Source of the DNA: a virus
Lineage: Duplodnaviria; Caudoviricetes
Strand: one strand, 5' to 3'
DNA length: 42,496 nucleotides
Virus record (IMG/VR): IMGVR_UViG_3300020045_002569
Span: 1-42,496 of that record
The notes beneath the pieces are model-generated. The model searched no databases and had not been told where the DNA came from. It was given only the letters and a program-made list of their open reading frames with translations. The translations under genes were made by a program, and so were the position numbers. Shown piece after piece: positions 25,947 through 33,976 of this stretch. The first letter of the stretch is position 1; each line of letters starts with the position of its first letter.

Positions 25947-26373
25947 ATAAATCTATAAAATCTTTACTCATTGAGACACCAGTTTCAGGATGGTTAGGGT
26001 CTAAGGCGTTACGTTCTACTTGAGTTAGTGTTTCACCTCTAGCTTGTTTAACTAAAATCGTCTTTACTTTTCTTTCATCATTCCATACTTCTGTACGAGG
26101 GTTATTACGGTCTGTTTTTTCTCTAACTTCCGCTAAAACAGGTGCAGAAAAGATATTAGTATCTGCTATAAACTCGTCATAAAGGTCGTCAGGTACAATC
26201 GCGTGAAGATATTTGTAGAACTTTCCATTCTCTACCGTTTCATCTTGTCTATTATCGTCTAAAACCGCACTAATTCTCCCTTTGTTTGACAACCAAACTG
26301 CGGGATAACCTACATATTCAGTAGAACCAGTATCAGGATGCGTAACCTCTATTTTTGCTTTTATTAATTTCAT
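25918..26373 (-). CDS. hypothetical protein in the tail cluster
   Basis: 151-aa ORF. Confidence 0.7.
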   Translation of the reverse strand: MKLIKAKIEVTHPDTGSTEYVGYPAVWLSNKGRISAVLDDNRQDETVENGKFYKYLHAIVPDDLYDEFIADTNIFSAPVLAEVREKTDRNNPRTEVWNDERKVKTILVKQARGETLTQVERNALDPNHPETGVSMSKDFIDLCGDYGVSNI

Positions 26374-26378
26374 ATATT

Positions 26379-28160
26379 TTATATGTGAGTTATATAATCA
26401 CTTGAAGGGTTAAAATACATTTCATCCGCAGTCAAAGCAAAACCAACCACTCTAATCACAACATCTGAAGTCGTAGGTTGTGTTTGTGTTACGGCACCTG
26501 CTGTTTCAGAAACGTAAACTGGGTTGTTAATAGTGAAAGCTGGGAAAGCCGCGTCTGCTCTAATAATTCCGTGTAGTAAGATTGTACAAGCATTACCATC
26601 TGCTCCACCTGCAACAACCACAATACCTACAATTCCTCTAGAATCACCATCTGCACCAGAAGCCGCGTTAGCATCACATTTCTCCCACCTTGAATCTGTG
26701 GGGTCAAGATAAACTAAATCACCATAAGTCTGTGCGTAACCTGCCGTAGCTGTAACAGTAATACCATTATATTTACCATCTGCCGAACCTGCTGGGTCTA
26801 GGGCAATTCCTGTATTTTCACCAAGAGTAATTGAACCAGTCAGAGTTCCACCTGCTACAGTTAAGATGTTTACACCTTCTATCGCCACTACACCTGCACT
26901 CACCCTTGAAAGAGTTGTGTCGGTTTGTCCCGCCCCTAACTCAATAGTTGTGAAAGTGGGCGCAGTAAGTGATGAAAGAATCGCAGTACCTCCAACCGTA
27001 GGCATATTTGAGCTTTCAATATCGGTGAACCATCCCTTTGTAACTCTTGCACCTGTCGCCGCGATACTACCTGTGAGAGTTAGAGAGTTAGTACCCAAAG
27101 CAAGGGCCGTAGCACCACTTCCACCAATCGTTAAAGTGTTTAGTGAATGAGTAAGTGTTGAAGCACCACCATTCCAGTTTATAACACCACCGTCTGCAAG
27201 GAATAAATCTGCAAAAGCAGTACCAGACTGGCCAAGATAAGCACCATCATTTGCGTCTGGCATAAAACCTGTATTTGCTGTGATTGTCGTACCAGTTATA
27301 GCTCCAGCAACCGCTCCCCCAATCGTAGCACCATCCAAAGTACCACCATTTATATCTGCCGTTGTCAATACAGCACTAGCCGAAGTTAATATTCCTGTAC
27401 TAGAATCAAAAGTTAAATTTGCATTTGATTTTGGCCCCAAATCACCCGTAGCCGCAGTAAAGAATCCAATAAAACAAGTAGCGTCGACAGCTTCATTCGC
27501 TACTGTTATAGTTGTTGGAACACCACCTGCCGCTACCCATGAAGTTACTCCAGCTCCATCAGTAGACAGAACTTGACCAGAATCACCATCGTTTACAGGC
27601 AAGGTTAGCGTCCAAGTTCCAGCTACGTCAGCCGATTTTACAGTTACGGTTCCACTTGTTGTACCTTTGAAAAGAATCGAACCAGTAGTACCACCAGCGG
27701 CTCCAAGAGTAATGTCATCAATAAATGTCGGAGAGTTTGCAAGTACGACAGCTCCCGTACCAGTTACAGCCGAGATTGCCGTACTATTTATTGAAAAAGA
27801 GTTACCTGCACCAGCAGTATCATAAGTTTTATTTGTAAAAGTATTAGTTGATGAACCAGTTACATAGTCCGTTCCAGCAGACGCCGCAGAGATGGCTGTA
27901 CCATTTCCTTTCAAAATACCTGTAACAGATGTAGTAAGAGTAATTGCTGGTGTTGTGGTCGCAGTTGCAACTGTTCCAGCAAATCCGTTAGCAGTAACAA
28001 CGGAAACAGAAGTAACTGTTCCAGAGCCACCTCCAGTAACATCACACAGTAAGCGTCCAGTTACAGAGTCAATCTGAAACTGTAAGGGGGTTGTACTATC
28101 AGCGTTTGATACGCCGAGTGCAACTGGAACATGGTTTGAGTCTCGTTTAGCGTCAGCCAT
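26379..28160 (-). CDS. tail/virion fibre protein
   Basis: Thr/Gly/Ala-rich; GSGTVTSVSV, TFTNKT, TLTLP..DG..GQVL.TDG.G..SW; C-terminal GD.VY..W...DA...G.VY.S..AG.VT...P domain. Confidence 0.8.
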   Translation of the reverse strand: MADAKRDSNHVPVALGVSNADSTTPLQFQIDSVTGRLLCDVTGGGSGTVTSVSVVTANGFAGTVATATTTPAITLTTSVTGILKGNGTAISAASAGTDYVTGSSTNTFTNKTYDTAGAGNSFSINSTAISAVTGTGAVVLANSPTFIDDITLGAAGGTTGSILFKGTTSGTVTVKSADVAGTWTLTLPVNDGDSGQVLSTDGAGVTSWVAAGGVPTTITVANEAVDATCFIGFFTAATGDLGPKSNANLTFDSSTGILTSASAVLTTADINGGTLDGATIGGAVAGAITGTTITANTGFMPDANDGAYLGQSGTAFADLFLADGGVINWNGGASTLTHSLNTLTIGGSGATALALGTNSLTLTGSIAATGARVTKGWFTDIESSNMPTVGGTAILSSLTAPTFTTIELGAGQTDTTLSRVSAGVVAIEGVNILTVAGGTLTGSITLGENTGIALDPAGSADGKYNGITVTATAGYAQTYGDLVYLDPTDSRWEKCDANAASGADGDSRGIVGIVVVAGGADGNACTILLHGIIRADAAFPAFTINNPVYVSETAGAVTQTQPTTSDVVIRVVGFALTADEMYFNPSSDYITHI

Positions 28161-28169
28161 AAATAATAA

Positions 28170-28439
28170 TTAAGAATCTACTAAAATTGCACCACTGGAC
28201 GTAACACTGACTGGCAATGGGGTAACTCCATCTGCCGAGGATACTCCCATCAAGATTGTTACGTTATTTGCATCTCTAAGAGCTATTGAGGACGGCGTAA
28301 AAGAAATAGTCGCAGATAAGTCAAATTTCACTCCGTTACTGGTCGAAGAAACCGCAATCGGTACAAGCGTTGTTCCATCAGTGTTTAATACACCCATTAA
28401 GACTGGAACGTAATTGTTGTCTCGTGGTGCGTTTGCCAT
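28170..28439 (-). CDS. small structural protein made of two RD.N....GV...DG.T..P repeats
   Basis: internal duplication; homologous to the N-terminus of 26379-28160. Confidence 0.7.
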   Translation of the reverse strand: MANAPRDNNYVPVLMGVLNTDGTTLVPIAVSSTSNGVKFDLSATISFTPSSIALRDANNVTILMGVSSADGVTPLPVSVTSSGAILVDS

Positions 28440-28440
28440 G

Positions 28441-28890
28441 TTATGCAGCTACTACGTTACCGTCGCTACTAACAGGAACCCAAGTACAGTAAAAAGTGAG
28501 CGTTCCTGCCGTCACTGTGTCAGTTGCAATCGTTTGAATTATATCTGTTCCAGCAGCCAATAGACTAAATCCAGCAAGAGCCTCTACTGTAGATGGAGCG
28601 TTATCGGTCCATATTTCGCCTACGTCAAGCGCAGTTGCAGCTACTTGAGCTACAAGTGCAGCAGTATTGCCCGAAATACCGACTTCTAGTGTACCTGCAC
28701 CAGTTAAATCAACTCCACTTACCACCGCAAAAACTCTGACCGCTACAGTTCCAGTAACAGTAAATAGTGTAGTAGCACCGACGGCTCCAGTAGTGAGCGC
28801 AGCGTATGTAATTGACTTGCTCTCTATAAGCCCAAGATTCGTTATTGGTGTGTAGTTTGCATCTCTTTGATAAAATGATGAGTTTACCAT
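28441..28890 (-). CDS. beta-rich structural protein
   Basis: RDANYTP N-terminal motif; jelly-roll-like composition. Confidence 0.65.
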   Translation of the reverse strand: MVNSSFYQRDANYTPITNLGLIESKSITYAALTTGAVGATTLFTVTGTVAVRVFAVVSGVDLTGAGTLEVGISGNTAALVAQVAATALDVGEIWTDNAPSTVEALAGFSLLAAGTDIIQTIATDTVTAGTLTFYCTWVPVSSDGNVVAA

Positions 28891-28891
28891 G

Positions 28892-29416
28892 TTATATTCT
28901 TCCTTCTTTTAATCTTTTAATTGCTCGTTCGAGAGTCCCACGGTCTGCATCAAGTTTTTTCTGTTCGTTCCGTATCTTTTCATGCTGTTTTTGAATATTT
29001 TTATGTTCTGCTTGGATGTAAGCCTTGTCTGCTACCATGTGTTTTTTTATTTCTTCGATTTCTTCTTCTTGCTTTTTGGTTTCGGCTTCCCAGAGACGAC
29101 TTTTTTCATTGAAACTGGCGATGAGGAGTTCGAGTGTTTCTTGGGACTCGACAACGCTAAGAGCAAGCGATGAAACAGTGTTGAGAAATTGTTTAATATC
29201 TTCATAATTTCCTTTCGTTTGTTTTACTAATTCATTACTTTCGCCAAGAATCCTCGAAACTCGCTCGGTAGCCTCTTTCTCTCTTTGCTCAAGATAAGAA
29301 ACTTCTTCTTTTTTGATAAGCGCAAGAGCATTTTTAGCCTCACTAATTTTCATATTAGTCTCGGCTAGAGCCTTAATCGCTTCCATGTGTTGTGCGGATA
29401 CTTCGTAATGTTCCAT
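28892..29416 (-). CDS. coiled-coil protein
   Basis: E/K/L heptads throughout. Confidence 0.7.
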   Translation of the reverse strand: MEHYEVSAQHMEAIKALAETNMKISEAKNALALIKKEEVSYLEQREKEATERVSRILGESNELVKQTKGNYEDIKQFLNTVSSLALSVVESQETLELLIASFNEKSRLWEAETKKQEEEIEEIKKHMVADKAYIQAEHKNIQKQHEKIRNEQKKLDADRGTLERAIKRLKEGRI

Positions 29417-29474
29417 AAATAAGCTGGTAACGGGCTTGCACCGTAATCCTCGTCTATGCGTCCAGCTTGACTGG

Positions 29475-30068
29475 TTAGGCGAGTAGTTTTTCTAAGTTAG
29501 CCTTGCCCTGTCGCTTGTCGTGAGCAATCCCACGCTTCTCAAGCTCTGCAATAACCTCTGCCTTGTCTTGATAGGTCGCTGGTTTCAACGGCTCATTGTT
29601 CTGAGCAATATCACCCGTGCCTACTGGTGGAGTGTCTGGTTCTGGTTTAACACCAGGAACATTTTGCTCTACCATCTTCCGCAATTCTTCGACTTTCGCC
29701 ATCAATATATCAGTCTCAGACTGACGTATCGGCTTAATCTCAGAGTAGAGTTCCTTTAGAAAAGAGTTTTTTAACGACTCTAATCCATCCTCACTCCACA
29801 AAGGTACTCCCGTCGGTATCCCAGCTGGGTCTACCGTCGGAGCCTTCCTTACCATCACGGCTTTGGCAAGGTTTCTGGCTAACTGGTGCCCTACATGATA
29901 GGGCAACGTCATTATCTCCCCAGCTTTTATGCCGAGGACTCCCGAAATACCAGAGACGGGGCGACTGTCATACATACAGCCCATTTCGGGAACGAAATCG
30001 AAGTCGGTAGAGTTATGAAACTGTACGACTACGAAATCTTTAGGATTCGAAACTTGTGCTTGTTGCAT
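29475..30068 (-). CDS. hypothetical protein with a C-terminal HeH/LEM-like domain
   Basis: DKAEVIAELEKRGIAHDKRQGKANLEKLL. Confidence 0.65.
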   Translation of the reverse strand: MQQAQVSNPKDFVVVQFHNSTDFDFVPEMGCMYDSRPVSGISGVLGIKAGEIMTLPYHVGHQLARNLAKAVMVRKAPTVDPAGIPTGVPLWSEDGLESLKNSFLKELYSEIKPIRQSETDILMAKVEELRKMVEQNVPGVKPEPDTPPVGTGDIAQNNEPLKPATYQDKAEVIAELEKRGIAHDKRQGKANLEKLLA

Positions 30069-30165
30069 TAGTTTGTTTCCTTAGCTAATAACAGAGGCTC
30101 TGTCATTCCTCTGGCGGTAATGTACCGCATCTTTCCCCCCATTTCTGAGGGGAAAAAGCGACACA

Positions 30166-30867
30166 CTATCGAATGAAATAACGGACGAGAGTACCCTGGT
30201 CTGCACCTGCGTTAGCAACGATACAATAACCGAGAGCTTGTTCGTCGAAGTCACCCTTTGCAGTAGTACCCTTGACAACTTCTCCAGCAGTGTCATCACC
30301 AGTTACGAATGACTTACCTACTACGAGAACTTCACCTGCAACTGCACGGCCATCTCCATCAGTTAGAGCCCAGCCATAGTCAGCAGCAGCAAAAGCTACC
30401 TGTACACCACCCTGCGCCATCTGAACCTTGTCAGTAACGGCGGCTGGGTCCCAATAACTCATCGTCATCAGAGTCAGGTCTGAGTCAGCAACCGCAAGAG
30501 CAGTTGCAAGAGCTGTTTCTGGATAAAGAGTCAAGGTTGTTGCGTTGTTAGTGCGAATCTTGAAGGTCTGGCCTACACCAGTACCATCATCGACAACACC
30601 GATACCGTCTTCGAAGGCACCGACTGTCATTGTGGAAGCGGCACGAGTAAGGTATACGATGCGACTCTGAGAGTCCGTTGCGGAACTCCAAAGGTCTGCC
30701 GAGGTAACAGCATCAGGAACTACGATAAATCCGATTGTAGAAACTGCTGACTGTGCTCGCCCGAACACCCACTCACGTCCATCAGGAGTTACTGCTCGCT
30801 CACCGAGTTTGAACTCGCCTCGCTGAGTAATAGTCTGATACACGTTTTGGAAAGAAATTCTAATCAT
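30166..30867 (-). CDS. capsid decoration/cement protein
   Basis: LGER...DGREW.F.RA, A..YGW...G; location after the MCP. Confidence 0.65.
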   Translation of the reverse strand: MIRISFQNVYQTITQRGEFKLGERAVTPDGREWVFGRAQSAVSTIGFIVVPDAVTSADLWSSATDSQSRIVYLTRAASTMTVGAFEDGIGVVDDGTGVGQTFKIRTNNATTLTLYPETALATALAVADSDLTLMTMSYWDPAAVTDKVQMAQGGVQVAFAAADYGWALTDGDGRAVAGEVLVVGKSFVTGDDTAGEVVKGTTAKGDFDEQALGYCIVANAGADQGTLVRYFIR

Positions 30868-30960
30868 TTTATTTTCAGCTTTTGGTTCTTAGCCTCCAGC
30901 CATTTGTGGTAGCACCACTTAATTTGTAATCTCCTTTTGACGGGTAGAGTAACCCAACTA

Positions 30961-32073
30961 CTAAGCTAGAGCTGTCCAGTTTGTAGTACCTGTACACCAG
31001 AACGCTTGTCCTGTTGCCGAACCATTAAGGAGAATATCTCCCTTTGTTCCAGAAAGAGCACCGTTTGGTGTGTTTTCATTACCGTACCAAATCGTGAAGG
31101 TTCCGATTGTGATGGCCTTGAAGAAGTTGGTAGTTGTAGGAGCATCTTGTGTGATAACAAGAGGACTTACATTCACAGCAGAGGCATGGTCGTTTTTGAT
31201 GTTTACCAAAGTACGAGTACCTGTGTCTGCGGAGTTTGAAAGCACATTGATTGCTGTTCCAGTTGTAAGAGCATCTAGTCCACCGAGGTCTAGGATGGTT
31301 CCAGTTGTTACTGCCGTACCAGAAAGGTCAAGCAAAACACCTGTAGCGAGAGCAGCCGAGGCCGTAACTCGCATTACGACAGTTTCATCAGCAGCAGCAG
31401 AAGCTACTTCGGCAATAACACCCGAACCCGTTGCGTTACCAGAGTGGTCTACCTTAAACAATCTACCTGTTGTCGTTAGAACAGTTGTGGCAACACTTGA
31501 TTGAATAAGGACGGCTTGACCTGTACTGACTGCATTAGCGGTTACTGTAATACCTGTTCCTGTTGTAGTAGCAGTTGAAACAAGAAGACCCGTTCCAAGA
31601 GCGTTAAGGTCCGAAGCAGTTATTTTTACAATAACTGTTTCATCATTGGCTGCCGAAGCAAATTCATTCAAGATACCAGAGGTTGAAGTTGCACCTGTAT
31701 GAGCAGAGTAAATCAAACGTCCAGCACCAGTGATTGCGGTAGCAGCAGAAGTAACATTGATACCAATACCAGAAGTAAGAGCAGCAAGGTCAATAATATC
31801 AATGGCCTTACCAGTCGTGATTGCAGTACCAGTAATGTTCACTGCGTCTGTTCCAGCTGCCGCAGTAAAGGTAGAGACACCTGTTACTGCAAGAGTATCA
31901 CCAGCAGCGTTACCGATAGTTGTGTTTCCAGTAACAGTTAAGTCAGTAAGAGATACGGCTGCAATCGAAGTTGTACCACCGACTGTAAGATTTCCAGCAA
32001 CTTCTACGTTTTCAGCAGTATAAATACCGTTTCCTGTTACACCTGGAAGATTTCGTTCTATAATATAAGCCAT
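30961..32073 (-). CDS. Thr/Ala/Gly-rich repeat structural protein (capsid fibre-like)
   Basis: internal repeats E.ASAA.DETV....TAS; directly after the MCP. Confidence 0.65.
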   Translation of the reverse strand: MAYIIERNLPGVTGNGIYTAENVEVAGNLTVGGTTSIAAVSLTDLTVTGNTTIGNAAGDTLAVTGVSTFTAAAGTDAVNITGTAITTGKAIDIIDLAALTSGIGINVTSAATAITGAGRLIYSAHTGATSTSGILNEFASAANDETVIVKITASDLNALGTGLLVSTATTTGTGITVTANAVSTGQAVLIQSSVATTVLTTTGRLFKVDHSGNATGSGVIAEVASAAADETVVMRVTASAALATGVLLDLSGTAVTTGTILDLGGLDALTTGTAINVLSNSADTGTRTLVNIKNDHASAVNVSPLVITQDAPTTTNFFKAITIGTFTIWYGNENTPNGALSGTKGDILLNGSATGQAFWCTGTTNWTALA

Positions 32074-32108
32074 AATTTTTTATTTCCCTATTGGGATTAT
32101 GCTTATAA

Positions 32109-33167
32109 TTAAGAAGCTCCAGAGAGTTGTCCCTGTAGGCGACACTGCGTGGCGACGAAGTTACCAGCGTAGATGAGATAGCCGACTTTCGTAAGTTGGT
32201 TGACTGGGCTCATCATTTTGCGGAACTGGAATCCACGAGTGCTTTTTACGTTACCTGGAACACCAGAAGGTGTAGCATCGGAGGTCTTCTTGAAGTTAGC
32301 AGTGATGATGTTTTCATCCTGGTAGTTGAAGCCTACAAAACCGAATCCCTTAGTGTTTGTGAGAAAGAATTTACCAGATGGAACTTGCTCATCTTTTGCA
32401 ATCGGAGTACCTCGGAATGTGAGGTATACGAAGCCTTGTTGAGCACCCATACCAGGAGTTGTAGGAACACCACCCCAAGCGTTCATCTTAGGATAACCAG
32501 CAGTCGAGAAGTTTGCTCGAACTGATGGAGTTAAGAGGGCTTCATACGAAGACCAAAGAGTCTTAGTAGTTAGAGATAGGTCTGGAGAATCGACACCAAT
32601 AGTTACTGCGTTGTCAGCAGTAGCAAGTTTAGCAAGAGTGATAGCACCAGCCGAAGCTAGGTAGTAACCACTCCATGTGGTGTAGGTTGCGCGAGCAAGT
32701 CCCCCATAACTAGCAAAGAGGGTACTGTCAGAAGCAGCGTTGTTTAGAGAGTCCCAGTCATTGCCCGAGCCATTTCCAGTATAGAGGTTCTGGCCCATCA
32801 AGGTCATAAGAGACTGAGCTTGAGAATCAAATTCAGTATCTAGGAGGTTTACAATCTGTTCGTCTCCCATGTTTGCAGTAGTTTCAGCGATTGCTACAAC
32901 TACTGGCTTGTTTGCAGCTTTGAGGTCAAATTCAGCTTGCACTCGAACATTTTGTCGGTCTGTGTCAAGTCTGTCAGCAATACCCATGTTACCACCGTTA
33001 GTGGTGTCCTGGTATTTGATGGCGAACTTGTAGGAGGTTCCCGAAGTCCACTCCTTTGGTTTCTGCAAATAAGTCATCAATCCAGGTGTACCTGTGGTAA
33101 CTTGGTCGAAGACTTTTGGCAAGATGTATTCACGAGTTGTCGTGGTTACAGCGGCGTTAAAAATCAT
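32109..33167 (-). CDS. major capsid protein (HK97 fold)
   Basis: 352 aa after the scaffold; LY.GNG...D..L, PD...TT...W..Y, F.G.P...DE..P.G..F.N. Confidence 0.85.
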   Translation of the reverse strand: MIFNAAVTTTTREYILPKVFDQVTTGTPGLMTYLQKPKEWTSGTSYKFAIKYQDTTNGGNMGIADRLDTDRQNVRVQAEFDLKAANKPVVVAIAETTANMGDEQIVNLLDTEFDSQAQSLMTLMGQNLYTGNGSGNDWDSLNNAASDSTLFASYGGLARATYTTWSGYYLASAGAITLAKLATADNAVTIGVDSPDLSLTTKTLWSSYEALLTPSVRANFSTAGYPKMNAWGGVPTTPGMGAQQGFVYLTFRGTPIAKDEQVPSGKFFLTNTKGFGFVGFNYQDENIITANFKKTSDATPSGVPGNVKSTRGFQFRKMMSPVNQLTKVGYLIYAGNFVATQCRLQGQLSGAS

Positions 33168-33171
33168 TTAT

Positions 33172-33867
33172 TTAATTCTTTAGACTACGCAAATATTGAG
33201 CAGCAGTTTCAAATCCACTTGGGTCTGGTCGTCCACCTGTGGCCCCAGGAGTAGCACTCACTGGGTCTGAGCGTTTGGCTATGTCAGAAGCGGTTGTTTG
33301 CTTGACTTTTTTTGCCATTTCACTCATGTCTCTCATGTTTTGATGAGCGACACGCAAGTCTCGAAATCCATACTTGTTGGCGTGAAGAAAGAGGGCATTT
33401 TCATTAAAGGATGGGTCAATCTTTTTTACTTCTTCTAATTGACTTGCTACCGCACCCTCTATGGCTCGTTGTTGGTCGAGCTTTGCCTGTTCTTTCGATT
33501 CAATTTCTTGAAGCGCGGCCACCTTAGCTGCGTCGATTATCTCCGCATAAGTCTGCGGAACATAATCTGGGTTAGCATAAGGGTTTGCTGTAGGTTCTGT
33601 TGGTAATGTATCTCTAGCTGCGAGAGCTTGAGACTTCCGAGTATAATCTGGTAGGAAATTTTCTTTCCATTCCCTTGTTAATGTCTCGGCGTCAACCTTT
33701 CTGCCGTCTGGCAACTCAAAGAGTTGTGGCTCAGCTGGTTGCGCTGGTTCTCCATTTTCAGCTGGAGCATCTGGTTTTGGCTCTGGATTTGGTGCCTCTG
33801 GAGCATCAACTGGGATGTTTCCATTATCAGCACTAGGCAAAGCCTCTACATTTCCGTCTGGTTCCAT
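33172..33867 (-). CDS. capsid scaffolding protein
   Basis: acidic Pro-rich N-terminus, DYTRKSQ.LA motif, helical; between portal and MCP. Confidence 0.8.
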   Translation of the reverse strand: MEPDGNVEALPSADNGNIPVDAPEAPNPEPKPDAPAENGEPAQPAEPQLFELPDGRKVDAETLTREWKENFLPDYTRKSQALAARDTLPTEPTANPYANPDYVPQTYAEIIDAAKVAALQEIESKEQAKLDQQRAIEGAVASQLEEVKKIDPSFNENALFLHANKYGFRDLRVAHQNMRDMSEMAKKVKQTTASDIAKRSDPVSATPGATGGRPDPSGFETAAQYLRSLKN

Positions 33868-33874
33868 AGTGTTT

Positions 33875-33929
33875 TTTCGACTGCCCTTTCTCTAGCTTGG
33901 TCTTTCGACTGAAAGAAAATTGCTTGGTC
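33875..33929 (-). repeat. tandem bipartite motif in the scaffold leader
   Basis: GACCAAGC-N10/11-CAGTCGAAA twice. Confidence 0.8.
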
Positions 33930-33976
33930 GTACTAGGTTTATAATTGGCCTTTTACCGTCATGCTTAGGACGCAAA

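Noticed and set aside
24524-28160. Diversity-generating retroelement targeting fibres
   Set aside because: No reverse transcriptase and no TR/VR repeat pair seen
33875-33929. Mini-CRISPR array
   Set aside because: Only two units with 10-11 nt variable parts; no cas genes (9406-10041 sits in an ERF recombination module)
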